NCBI RefSeq assembly: GCF_036321535.1
Contig: NC_087458.1
Span: 14,136,001 to 14,200,000 of the forward strand
Reading direction: 5' to 3'
Length of the DNA: 64,000 nucleotides
Source of the DNA: Camelus dromedarius
Taxonomy: Eukaryota
Every line of letters starts with the position of its first letter. The stretch's first letter is position 1. This document shows positions 1 through 12,584 of the stretch, one piece after another. The position numbers and the translations under genes were made by a program. Below the pieces are notes generated by a model. It had not been told where the DNA came from. It did no database searches and was given only the letters and a program-made list of their open reading frames with translations.

Positions 1-559
1 AGAGAATTGTAAGGCTGGGTGGCGGAGTGGAGGGGGCAGGAGTGGGTAGGGCGGGAAGGAGGACCTGCCCTCTTCCCAGGCCGGTACTGAGTGATGCTAA
101 AATGCCTCTGGGAGACCTCAAGAGTCATCGTGGGGCTCTGCTTTCTCCTGCCCAGACCCCCAGATGCCGTGACTAGCATCTCCCCCCCTCCCATTGCTTA
201 TGGCAACTATGCCCCTTTGTTCACCAGAGTGGAGTTTGGACGATAAAAGTCAGGGTGGGCTTTGAAAAGGGCTATATTTTGGTGCATCGGAACTTGACCC
301 TTGCCATGGACAACAGACCCTCCTGGATGTGGCCCTTCATCCCCTCCATCTCCTCCTCTTGCTCACCAGGTCACCAGATCACTGTTACCTGCTTACCTTC
401 TTGCTACTCTTCAAACAAGCCTGCTCTTCCTGCCTCAGGGCCTTTACACTGGCTGTTGCCTCATCTGCAGGGCATGTGGAACTTAGCACCCCAAGTACGT
501 GCCAACCTGCACAAAACAAGATGGCTTATAACCTGCCCTGCTTGCAGACCATGCTACTT

Positions 560-646
560 ATACACCCACTCACGCACAGTTTTACACACACTTACACTAA
601 CACATATACACGCACTTAAACACGTACGCACTTACACAGACACAGC
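560..646. repeat. Degenerate CA-rich simple repeat
   Basis: Interrupted (CA)n, flanked by L2-like sequence. Confidence 0.7.
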
Positions 647-2089
647 CTCTGAATAGAATTCTTTACCCTATCTTAGCATTCCTGGTGCCTCCTCTCCATT
701 CACCTCTGTGACCAGTTGTCTCCTTTTCAGAAAAGTCTTTCCTAGCCCCTCTGTCTAGAATAACAATGCCCCTCCCCAACACGAGGTAGACTTCTCTCCC
801 TTTTTCTTGCACTGTTGTCTTCCTCATGGACTCCACCTAAAATAGAAGTCTCTACCTATGCGTTCCCTTGTTTCTTTTTCTATTCTTTTCTCCGAATATA
901 AACTCCACGAGAGCAGAGAACTGGTTCACTCACTGCCGAATCCGGAAATCTAGAGCAAAAGCTGACTCACGGCAGGAGCTGAGCATCACATGCATGTGTA
1001 GTCAGTCACGAAAAGAACCGCCAGGAGTGTTTTTGATTCCTAGGGAAGAATTTTATGGAAGCTGAGAAAGTCTCAGTTGCCTAATCTCTCCCCTCTGCCC
1101 CCTGACCTTTTTAAATTTTATTTTAATTCATCAGTGTTTCAGTGGACCTGCTGCCTGAGCAGGTTCTGCAGATCTGGGACGCCCCCCACCCCAATTCCAG
1201 GTTCCCCCAGTGAAAAGGGTGAAGATTCTTGGCTGAAAGAGGAAGTCTTTGCAAGTGACTGCTTGTGGTCTGTAATGTAAACTTACACCCCCAAGTCAAA
1301 AGCGTGTACTGAAGGATGATATATCTTCCGTAAGTCATACCTCAAATTCCACTGTTTACAGAGGAAGTGCTGTTGCTGACAAGCATAAGCCGCTTAGAAA
1401 TATGACAGGAGTTATGAACCCTGCAAGAAGGAACCGTCCTGGAACTGGAAGGCTTGACGATGGAATTTCATTCTGTTTGCACAGACATCTTTGTAACCCG
1501 TTGGAAATGCTTCTCTTCGGCGTCTGACTAGGGGAGAAGCAAATGGCTCAGAAGGGAGGAGAGTTTGTGCAACAGAAAACTGCCCATTGGCAGCTGTGTG
1601 ATGCAGGGAATGAGATCCAGCCTCCGAAGGGAGCCCGGGAACCTGGGCTCTAGTCTCTTCCTGACCCCCGGACAATAATAAGTCCTTACATGCGGGGTGG
1701 GGACGTGACTAGTGCTCCCCAAGGTTTCAGATTCTCTTCTCCTTCTGAGCGCATGTCCCTCAGAGTTAGATGTGCTTTTGCAGTTTGCTTTGGCCCGTGA
1801 AATGTGATTGGAATGATGTACGTTACTACTGAAGGAGAGCATTTCAGAGCCGGCACGTGATTCCCCGTGTTTCCTCTCCTTGTCCCTGTGAACCCCGAGC
1901 CTCATGTTGAGGTGGTAGCAGCTCGGGTCTCAGAGTGTCCACCGTCAGTTGAGTTCCATCCTCGTCCATCCCTCGGCTGAGCATGTAGTACGTGGGAGGA
2001 ACAAAGCCTTTTTTTTTTTAAAGCCTTATCTTATATACAGAGATTCTGAGCTTTGTTACAGCAGCAAACCTGGCCTATCCTGACCAATA

Positions 2090-2260
2090 TCATCCACATA
2101 ATAAGCCAGGTGTTCACGTACGTTAACTCGCGTGATCGCACCCGTAACCCTGTGAGCCTCGTTTTACACTTGAGGAAACTGAACCTCAGCGGGGCCGGGA
2201 TCCAAAGCTGAGATTCAGAAACTGATTCCAAAGCTGATTTGCCTGCTTCCAAAGCTAGTT
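2090..2260 (-). mobile_element. MIR
   Basis: ttaactc...aaccctgtgag...ttttacacttgaggaaactgaacctcag. Confidence 0.7.
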
Positions 2261-2694
2261 TCCTCTCTGCGGTACTATGACATCTCCTCCTCTGGAAGAG
2301 AGTCAACTTTTATGTTTCTCCAGACCCGTGGGGCCCGCAGCCCTTGTTCTGGAACCGAGACTTCGAATTTGATTTGTTGTGGTCTGTGGCCTCATGGATT
2401 TTACGGTTTAAGGAGGGAATTAGAGAGGTAAGTAAACACTTTTTCTCCCCCCTAAAAAGCAGGTTAAAGAGCAGGCAGAGCACGAACCTGTGGAAGAGTA
2501 GGGCTGTGAGGCTGAGCGGGTCAGGGGGGCCTGGGGGGTCTTGCAGTGGGTGTGCGGGCCTGGGCCGGAGCAGCCTGACTGTCACGGGCGGTGTAAGATT
2601 GACCAGGGTGCTGGAAGCCTCGGGCTCCAAGCCTGGCCCCGCCAGTATCGGTGAGTCACCTCTCTGGGCCCACCGCCCAGACCTGGAAGAAACA

Positions 2695-2860
2695 TCCTAG
2701 ATTTGGACACTGCCTACAGACGATCATCACCTGGGGAGCTTTAAAAAGATGACTATCCAGCCACCCTCGGAGGTTAGGATTCACTGGCTTGGGCAACACA
2801 CAGGCCTCCACAGTTTTCAAAGAGTTTTGCTTTTTTTTTAATATATAAGGATTTGATGCA
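2695..2860 (+). mobile_element. MER5A-like hAT fragment
   Basis: atcacctggggagctttaaaaa motif. Confidence 0.5.
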
Positions 2861-5214
2861 TAGGTGGATCTGGGTATCACCAGACTGGATCGTTCCAGGA
2901 CATCTTTCTGTTATTTCAGTGGCCCCTAGACCAGCACTGCAGGGGTCCATTTTTGTCAAGCCATTTCCAGAGTCCACGTCAGACCCCCCCAGGGCAGATC
3001 AATCTGAGGCCTCTGTCAGAGCTCTGGGAGCCACTCAAAGTCAGAGGCGCCAGAGGGGCAGGCTCCTGGGGGCCCCACGCCTACTTGTCAAGTGATACGT
3101 TGTGAATAAGGCCTCCTTTTCTGGGTCCAAAGAGCTGGTGGGGCTCGGAGGGTTGGTCAGCAAAAGCTCCCTGGGGGCAGCACCTACGCCTGCACAGGAG
3201 GTGATGCTCTGGGCCAGAGAGGTTTCATTGTGGTTTTGTGGCTGAGCTCCCTGCCTCGGTGTCACTCTTACTCTTGAATTCCATCTGCCAGGCCGTGTTT
3301 TCATGGCCTGCGCAGAACTAGCAGCCAACCTCCAGAGCATCTTCAGATCTGGCTCTTGATAGAGTCTCCTCCAGGACCTCGGTCCCTTCCCGTCTGTCCT
3401 CCTGACACCAGTGACGTGCCCTGTGGGCTTGGTTGGAGGAGAAACCACAGCAGTGGCGGAGAGCCGGCAGAGGGGCCCTCCAGGTTCCCCGTGGCCTCTT
3501 GGCTGGCATACTGCAGCTGGGCTGCTGAGTGCTTGCCTGGCCCTAGTGCCAGCCTCCAAAGAGTAGGGCAGGGCGTGCAACTGCTCTGGTGGGGGAGTGC
3601 ATTCTGGTTCCTAGGAGTCTAGAGGGATCACGCTGCAAATTAGCCATCCAATTAAGGCAACCAAAGGCTTATGCCCATTTCATCATCAACACAGGCAGGC
3701 AGCTGAATATAACAGAGGAAAAGCCTTACGTGGCCCCCACGTCCCTCCCTGAGGCTTCTGAGCCACACCAGGAATGTCCAGGGCAGTGGCAGCAGTGTCG
3801 TCTGTCTCTCCAAGGCCAGTCTCTTGCTGAAGGTACACAGGGCACCCACTGGCTGCCTTGGCTCCTTTTGTTGGCATAACAACCACATGCAACCCCCGTC
3901 TCCACACTGCACAGTGCCAGAGAGGTTCAGGTTTTGCACACAATCCAGGTGCCACATGCCACATCTATATCCTGGCCAGTGCCCCTGTGGTGTGACTTGA
4001 GAAGCACTGAGGAAGCCTGTGGCCCCAAATGACTCAATTATCTCCCCATCATGGTACCAAAATCTGCCAGCATCACCTATTTATTTCAGTCCTACACCTT
4101 GCCAACCTCCAAAAAAGATTTGAAGAGACACACAATAAGTGACATTGTTACCCATCAAACTGTTAAGAGGAAGGAAGGAGGCCAACGAGCAGATGTTGAA
4201 GAAGGCTAAGGTGAAGGGGAGAGATAAGAAGAATGACTGTACCAGAAGAACAAATGTAAGGCATTCCTGCCGTCTGGTGCAAAAGTTGACCCTGAGCATC
4301 CTGATGGCCAGGATAAAAATAGGAACTAGAGTATATTATAATTCCCTAAGTTGTCTATATGAGAAAATATACCAGATGGTGTGGAAAGGCAAGGCTTTCC
4401 CAGCTCTGAAAGAACGGGAACACTTTATTTTCAAGACCTTTGTGTAAATATCACTGAACCATAAAATAGTAGCTCCCAAAGGAGTGCCACCAAAATGGCC
4501 CTGTCTAGAAAAAATCATGATAAATTATCATTTTGTGGCAAAATTTCTATAAGAAGCTGGAGTCATATATTTTAGGATTATAGTCTGCAGTGACTGGGCT
4601 GGGTATTTATTCTTATGGATATATATTCATGGTTCCATGGGACTAAAATGGCTTCTATGGGGTCAAACGAGGGATGGTAATCTGGGTTTCAAATTGCACA
4701 AACCCTCGGATGCTGGAAGGTGTGAATGCATAAAGTGTAGGCAGCAGAGAATAGCTGAGGGTGGTTGAGGGGTGAGAGTTCATGAGCCAGGTCCTACCTC
4801 AACCGGGGGCACGCCATCTTTGTTCTGCTTGGGAAAAATTGCCAGCACACAAGTGTGTACAGAACCACACCCACAGTCTAGTAGATCATCTTTCAAAGTC
4901 CTTCTCAGCCCTGTCCTCCAATGAAGCCTGCTCCGATTACCTCTGCTGGAAGAGAGGTGATCTCTTTTGAGCCCATTTACTCTTTGCTTACACCTCTTTA
5001 TGAGACTTGCCATAATCTGTTTTGTAACATGGTTATGTAAGTATAGACATCTGGCTTTTACAATCTCTAAGAGCAGGCACCAAGCCCCACACACCGAAGT
5101 ATTTAATTTAAATTCACACATTAAGTACTGAGCATGAGCCAGGCTCTGCTCCAGAGACTTAAGCCCTCCATTTGGAGCACACACATTTTTCCAATTTTTC
5201 ATTTCATAAATAAT

Positions 5215-5345
5215 CCTTTCATTTAATCAGTAAATATATACGTATTGAACACTTACTCAGTGCCAGACACTGTTTTCGGTCCTGGGGATACAGTGGGAAA
5301 CAAAATAGATATCTCCTGGTCCTTGACATCCCCCAAATGGTTTCC
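5215..5345 (-). mobile_element. L2 3' end
   Basis: ttgaacacttactcagtgccagacactgtt...ctggggatacagtgg. Confidence 0.7.
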
Positions 5346-8019
5346 TTGTCTCCGTGAGGGAGACAGAAAGTAAACAAATATGAACACATTTGTATGTATT
5401 TAATGACAAGAAACGACAAATGTCTTGAAGAACTTCCGAAGCGATACATGAATGCATGCTCCTTGTGCAAAACATAGAGAAGGCAAGAAAAAGCAAAAGT
5501 ACACATTAGCACCACCTCGAACTCCACTCTGCTCTCAGAAGTAACCATCGTTAATAATGTGCATCCTTCTATCTTCTTTTCCATGCATTTATACATACCA
5601 TATAAACCCGTACACAGTTATTTTTTGCATAAATAGAACTTTATGCATCAGTCTGCTACTTGATATAGAATTTCACAGAGTACATGTCTGTTCTATATAG
5701 AGAGGATGTTTGTTGGGTATTAAATGTCTTAAACTTCTCAGAAGGCCCACCTAATACTGCGTATCAGGGCCGGGTCCTTCTGGCCCCTCTGTTAATGGGC
5801 ATGTGCTTTGGGGAGCCCCTTGGGAACAAAGAAGTGGCATGAACAAGGCACCAGTCAGCCACCTGGGGGAGGTTTGAGTGGTACGCCCCGCGGGACACCA
5901 GAGTTCAATGTGGAGACAGTCTCTTTTGCCCCCGGCTCCAGCACTCCATCATTCAGTACTCCCTGGAGATGCAGAAGACTGTGTTAAAGGTTTGGGACAG
6001 CCTGAAAGGTGTCGTTTATTCCCTCAACAGACATTGACAGAGTAGGCTACATGCCAGCGGCATGCCAGGCTCCGGCCACCTCTGCGTACAGAATCCTCCT
6101 AAGAGCGGAGCAGAGTGGTGCGGGAGGCGTATGAAGACGCAGCAGTCCGCATCCAACTTGCCACCTGGCTTCCTCTGCCCTGACAGACCCAGAGATCACG
6201 CAGTGGCTGTGACATCTGCAGCTGCTGTGAATAACGCACTCGTAGGTGAGTGGAGAACCCAATCCGGCCCTGTTCCCTGTGGGAAATTCTCCCATTCCCA
6301 TCTGTACCTTCTGGTCTCTCTTCTACTGCATCCCACGGCAGCCTGACTGCCTAAACGACTGCACTCTGTGTGTGTGCCAGTGTGCGGGGAGGGGGGGGGG
6401 TGAGCGAGTGCGTGTGCACAGACTGTCCATGTGCTTCATGATCTTGCACCCGTGGAAGGATGGAAAGGCCCCGGGGGGCCACTGAGCTGGAGGGGACGCC
6501 CCAAAAAGCATTTCTCTGCCTCCGGGAACGCCCCAGGAGTGCTCATGTGTCTAGGTCACGGACAACAGTTGGGTGTTCTCCAGCTTTTAAACCTCTTCAA
6601 GGAAATTGGAGCATGTCTGAGCCCCTCCCAGACCCAATTTCAGCATACAGTTTTGCAGACAAACCTACTTCCTCGTGCGTCACCTGACTTCCTCCTGAAC
6701 CACACTGATTCCTTGCATGGACCGCATATCCCCAAATACCAGATTTTCCCTTCTTGTCATGACTAAAACATTTTCAACTTTGTTTCCCAACTCATTCCTC
6801 ATAGAGGACTTTTTTATGTTAGACATTTGACAATTCAGTTTTGAAAGGAGAACTACAAAGTCACTTTAAAAATATATATGAAATATTCGTTCATTTTTGT
6901 GCAACTTTTACCTTTCCACATTTCCACATTTTTTCCTTTTTTTTTTTTTTTTTGGTATGTGACTTGGTGCTCCACAACCCAGCTAATGGGCTCCTGAGTC
7001 AGCATCACTGTTTCTAATTATTGAACACCTAGAAGCAGCTCCAGACAACGGCTGAGTGCTATGTTCTCACCACCAAAACCTGACAGATAGAATTCTTGGT
7101 TACAAAATGCTGGAGTTAAGGGTTGAAAGACAGCATCCATTATAACCTTCTGTTTTCACTCACTCATAATTGTCCCAAAATTGTCCTTTTGCTCCAAATC
7201 ATTCCATGCTCTGTTTCCACCCCAGGGACGAAATTGCTTGGAAAGTTTGAACAAAAGTGGTTTAGCTAGTTTGGAACCAGGCATCTTGGTGGGGGTGGAG
7301 AATATTTTTCTTTGACTTAGAAACAACTAAAGTGTATCTCTGGCTGTGGACAACCTCAAAACAGCTGTCCCCTTATAACATCAGCTCTCTTGTGTGGGTG
7401 GTCAGCCTCTTCCAAGGGAGGAAGTGTCTGTGAATGGAGCAGAAATCCAGAATTTCAAGACAGAAATAATAGGCAATGAAAGTATGGATTTGTGCTTTCT
7501 GTTCTATGATTTGGCCACGGGTGTGGGGTGGGAGTGGGGGGGGGGGGGCTTATGTTATATTATCTGCAGAATGCAGGCAGTCCTCCTTCCCTGGGATTAG
7601 CTGTCTTACTTACAACATAGTCTACGTAGTGGTGAATGGTATGTGATTTAAGTGAAGGCATTCCTGAGTCTGAGTTTGGGTTCCGTCCCTTACTAACTAT
7701 ACAACCTTGAATTAGTAACATAACTTCCCTGAGCTTTGCTATCCTTATCATTTAAATGAGGCTCTTGGTGGTACCCACTTGTCCGAAGTGCTTGGAGGAT
7801 GAAGTGAGGTCATGTATACAAAACACCGGCCAGTGTCTGGCACACTGTGTGTGTGCAGCGTAGGTGCCTGGGGGTAGAGCAGAGGCCGAAACAGAGAAAT
7901 ACGTACACATGACTGCAAGTTGAATTGGCCAGTTGTGTTGACATCTTGCTTTGTTTGGCCTCCCAGCATCCATTCCCACCTCTTCTGGTGACTGTACCTC
8001 ATTTTCCACTTCAGTTTAG

Positions 8020-8430
8020 GAAACCACCCTCACACATGCTCAGCCGGTGTAATTCAGGTGTTGCGATCCCTACACCCCGCCCCACGTGTGTATCTGGAGC
8101 TCAGTGCCAACCAGTTAGAGGTTGTGAACACCTACATCAGGATTTCTGCTGGAATACGGGGAGAAAGAAACTCTCTTTTCTTTCCTCCAGGGTCACTGGT
8201 CTGCCAGGATGCCCACTTAGAGCTCCTGGTAAGTCATCTTTGGTCAAGCGGACCAAGAATGGCTCCAACAGAGAGAAAAGCAGACCCAAGAGATGGCATG
8301 AGGAGTTCAAAAGGCACAGTCCAGATGCCTGGATCCTACTGTACCTGCGGCTGGACTTTTCTGTTTTGGGAGACAATACATTCCCTTTTCTGCTTAATTC
8401 AGTTGTAGCTGGATCTCTGCTGCTTACACT
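8020..8430 (+). mobile_element. MLT1 (MaLR) solo LTR
   Basis: Typical 3' end caatacattcccttttctgcttaattcagttgtagctgg...cttac; agagaaaagcagacc...gagatgg. Confidence 0.7.
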
Positions 8431-9270
8431 GGTTCTCTTTAAAACAGAAGGTCAAGGCTAAAAGCAACCAGCAATGAGGCAGAACCCGCCATGACATGTT
8501 TGGAAGACACATATCCTCTACCTTTAACTTGCCAGCAGCTTCGGACAAGTCCCCTTGCCCTCTGGGTTCTCAGCAATAAGATCAGGCCTCTGTGAGATGT
8601 GACCCCTGAGGCTCCAGCATCCTGGGAGTCTGATTGAAAGAGACAGAGCATGGAGGGGGTGAGAGTCCATCCTTCTGTTGGGGTCACAGAGGAGAAATTA
8701 AGAGCTGATTATGAATCTTGACTCTACTACTTGCTGTGTGACCATGGACAAGTCATCAACCTCTCTGAGCCTCATTCTCTTCAACTGTAATAAAAAGATA
8801 TTCATTCAGACTATCAAGTGAAAGGAATTGTTACACTTTTCTGCTCTTCTCAATCTCACGTTTCCACCTCAGCCCAGAGTTGAAAGGCTTCTGCTTCTCT
8901 ACCAGAGGTAGAAGTACTAGAAGAAAACCTTTCAGCTTCCCTCTCTGCCTCTGTCACTTGCTCCTCCTCTTGGAAGGGAAGGTGACTAGTCTGATTGGTG
9001 AGAATGGGATGAGGAGATGTTCGCTCAGCCACGTTCTCCCTCGGGTAAGGCGGATCAGCACAGCTCCACCTTACATCCTGGGCCAGCATGTGTTCAAGTG
9101 CAGTGAGCCACGTGCTCCTGGGACCCACGGGATGAACCCTTGAGCAGGGCCACTCTCACCACGCAGCACCTGGGGTGTATTCTCCGGCTTCTGCACCTGG
9201 GAAGGGGCTGCGGTAAATCAGATCAGCCCTGAACTGTGGATCCAGGCATCTTTCATTAAGAAACGCCAGT

Positions 9271-9731
9271 TGATTTGCAGCAACATGGGTGGACCTAGAG
9301 ATCATCAGTCTAAGTGAAGTAAGCCAGCAAGAGAAGGACAAAGGCCATATGACATCACTCATACGTGGAATCTAAATAAAATAAAGTACAATAAAAGGAC
9401 ACTACGAACTCATCTACAAAATAGAAATTGACTCGCAGACATAGTTAACAATATCATGGTTACCGGGGGAAAGGGGTGGGAAGAGATAAATTTGGGAGTT
9501 TGAGATTTGCAAATGTTAGCTACTGTATATAAAAATAGATTTTAAAAGTTACTTCTGTATAGCACAGGGAACTATGTTCAATATCTTGTAATAACCTTTA
9601 ATGAAAAAGAATATGAAAATGAATATATGTATGTATGTGCATGACTGGGACACTGTGCTGTGCACCAGAAATTGACACATTGTAACTGACTGTACTTCAG
9701 TTTGAAAATTAAAATTTAAAAAGTAAAATAA
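9271..9731 (+). mobile_element. 5'-truncated young L1 3' end with TSD
   Basis: L1 3' motifs (gcagcaacatgg...ggacctagag...gaaattgacacattgtaactgac), A-rich tail; TSD aagaaacgccagt (9258-9270) / aataaatgccagt (9732-9744). Confidence 0.9.
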
Positions 9732-9859
9732 AATAAATGCCAGTCGGTCGTGTGTCCAGTTCAAATCTACCACTTACAAAGCAAACACTGGACCCTCACT
9801 TGGCAACTTGCGTGTGTAATTAGGTTAATTCCGTGCACATTTTAGAACAAGAACACATT

Positions 9860-11400
9860 TCTGAAACCTTGGGATGAAAGTAGTCTCTCAAATATGACTT
9901 CAGAATTGCAAATCACAAAATGGGAAATGGGTGGGTTTGACTACATCAAAATTAAAGATTCTGTTCAAGTTAATAAACAGTATGAGATTTGGAGGAGGTA
10001 CTTGTAACATCTATAGCTTTAAGGGTGTCATATATAAAATGTAAGGAATTCCTGCTGATTAGTAAGTAAGAGTCAAGAAACACAACAGAAAGTTGGACAA
10101 AGGACGTATATATTAGACACTTGCCAAAAAACGGCAACACTCTCCTCTAGGCCAGGCCTGATTTTTAATTAAGATAAGGCAACAGAGCAGAAACGTAGAG
10201 ATACTTCCAAATTATAATTCAGCCTGTTTATTCTCTACCCAACACACTGTCAGTCAACATGGAGATCTACCATCTGTATTACAGCTCTTTTCTTGAGATT
10301 TCTCTTTTCCTATGCCCATGCAAAACTGGATCCTTCCCCAAACAGTTTTTGGGACCTTACTTGTACCTATGTGTCCGCTTCAGAACGTGAGGGATGGTTA
10401 TTCCAACGCCCTCTTAGGGTAGGAATGACTGGCAGTGATAACAATTAGTTAAAATCCTGTCGGTCACCTGAAGCCCATTAAACAAGCAGGCACCTCTCTG
10501 TTCTTTAGCAGCTGCGATGAATAGCAAACTGGTCCACATTTTGAAGCAAAATTTCTCATAGGATCTGTGCATGCATGATGTATTCTATTTGTCACCAAGA
10601 TGTGAAATTTATCTTTCGGAGGAAGTTGCCTATAAATCCTGTTGTGATTTATTTAAGTAAAGAGATAAGAGGAACAATTTACTGAGCCCAGTGGTTTTCT
10701 ATGAGAAAGAAAAAATAATCAATTTGGGGAAGATGAGGGGGGCTTTGGGTCACTAAGGAGAACTTGGTCAATAGTTCCTTAGAACACCATAAATAAGTAA
10801 TTCGTGGAATAAGAACTCTGAATGGCTAAAAAGGACCATGAGAGGAGCTCGGTTTTCCAGCAATAAGAGAAAGGCAATTCAGAGGAAGGTCTTGGATGTG
10901 CAGCCCATTGACAAAATTTACCATTTGAACTATACCGAATGCTAGGAAGGAAATGTAGAAATGGATGGGTCAAGCACCGGTGGTAGCATATATTGGGTGA
11001 AACTCCTGGAGATCCGCGTGGAAGTGTTAGTGAAATGAGCATGCGATTACAATCAGGCAAGTCCTACTCCTGGGGTATGCCCCAGAGAAACTCCCGCACA
11101 GGTGCACAAGGAGACTCGAGCAAGAGTGCCTATCACGGGCAAGAATTCTAGGCCACAGAGAGCTTTACTGGAATAGTGTGCAGCAATCAGAAGGAATTGG
11201 CTGGAGTTACATAGCACGTCACTGATGGATGTCAAAGCGTAATGCAGAGTCGAAGAATGAGTCAAAAGGAGCTTGATAGCAAAAGAAAATCATTCACATT
11301 CATTTTAAAAACATACAAAACGATACTATATAATTCCTATGGATGTCATATGTAGACATAACAAATGGAAAGTGGATTTTTAAAGGACCTACCAGAAATA
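9860..11400 (+). mobile_element. Old L1M fragments (about 9860-10110 and 10870-11400) separated by unassigned DNA
   Basis: tttgactacatcaaaattaaa and cctactcctggggtatgcccagagaaact motifs; heavily decayed. Confidence 0.6.
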
Positions 11401-12161
11401 CATAAGAAGAGGGCACCTTTGGGAGGATTTCGATTTGAGATAGCAGATGAAGGGGAAACAGAAACAAAAGAGGTGCCTTGAATGGTCTGCTTTGCCATCA
11501 ACTGAGAAGAGTACATTCAATTCTGTCCACTGGGGTTAGAAACCAGCTATAAAACGCTTCCATTTGACCGAACACTAAACTCATAGCAGGTGCAGGTGCT
11601 CAATGAATAATTTAACAATTTTTATATCTGTTTCAACCTTCAGATTCTGGACTTTCAAAGATACAGGATCTTTCAGAGTTTTCTCTAGAATCAGTGCTGA
11701 GAGTGTCTGCTTCCTTATAAAGTCATGAAATAGAAGATCAATCGATTTCTAAACGACATTATTGATTCAGTGGGGTAGAAGGGTCCTTAGAGATCACCTA
11801 GTCAGAATCTTTGACTTTGCCAAGGAGGGGTCCAAAGTCCTGAGAGGTCCAGTGGCTGCCCGAGGTCAGACAAGGGGACCCCAGGCCATCTGACTCCTTG
11901 GGCCCTGCTTTTTCCACCAGGCAGCCTGGCATCAGTATGGCTGCTTTCAAGTGCGCGTGACTTCAGCTTGCTCTGAACACCCACATCTGGCTCTGCGAAT
12001 TAGGGAAGAGCTGATCTAGTGCTTTTACACTCTGCACAGAAGCCGGCTCATAGCCTTTACAGGAAAAAAACAACAGATCCTAAAACGCAGTCCTGTTGAA
12101 AACGCACGTTCAGTCACTCTCAAAAGTCCCCATTCTACCTCTGAGAAGTCCGAGTGTCAGT

Positions 12162-12175
12162 GTTGCCATGGGAAC
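12162..12175. promoter_or_regulatory. Candidate RFX X-box
   Basis: GTTGCCATGGGAAC, one mismatch to GTTGCCATGGCAAC. Confidence 0.5.
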
Positions 12176-12566
12176 GTCCGTTGTTGCACTGAGTAGTAAC
12201 CGGCTTTGAACCAGCCTTGATGTGGCATTGTCCTTGGACTTCGTACATAATACTGGAGGTTTAGCAGTTACAGGTGTGTCCCCTTTACCTTTAGTTAGAT
12301 GGTTCCTTCCCAGCTTAGACCGATTCCCGTTTCTAAGTATTCTCCATGAGATGCTCCATTCTTTCTCCTCTGAGATTCCTCTTCTGAGCCCATTCCCCCA
12401 GAAGCTAAACCGCCATTGAGTGAGTAGCCAGCCAGGTGTCTAGCTGACCTTCTGAGTCAATCTGAGGCTCATTTTTTTCAAACTATTTCTTTTGTTTTCC
12501 ATTTTTAAAAACCTCACCCCTCCTGGAAGCCCCTTTCCCCGGGAAAGTGACTGTGATGCCCCAAGC

Positions 12567-12584
12567 TGGCAGCAGAGGGCGCCC
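12567..12584 (+). promoter_or_regulatory. Candidate CTCF site
   Basis: GCAGCAGAGGGCGC (12569-12582) matches CCASYAGRKGGCRS at 13/14. Confidence 0.55.

Noticed and set aside
193-207. RFX-like ATTGCTTATGGCAAC (and GTTGCCATGGTCAT at 22404-22417)
   Set aside because: Only one good half-site each; too common to support.
4139-4447. 102-aa Lys/Arg-rich ORF
   Set aside because: I cannot match it to any protein or transposase; no supporting splice or expression signals.
7519-7548. G4 motif GGG-tgt-GGGG-t-GGG-agt-G13
   Set aside because: Real motif but intergenic, with no associated feature; such motifs are common.
10130-10800. Unassigned DNA between two old L1 fragments (possible retrocopy)
   Set aside because: No recognisable ORF, poly(A) tail or TSD; would need BLAST/Dfam.
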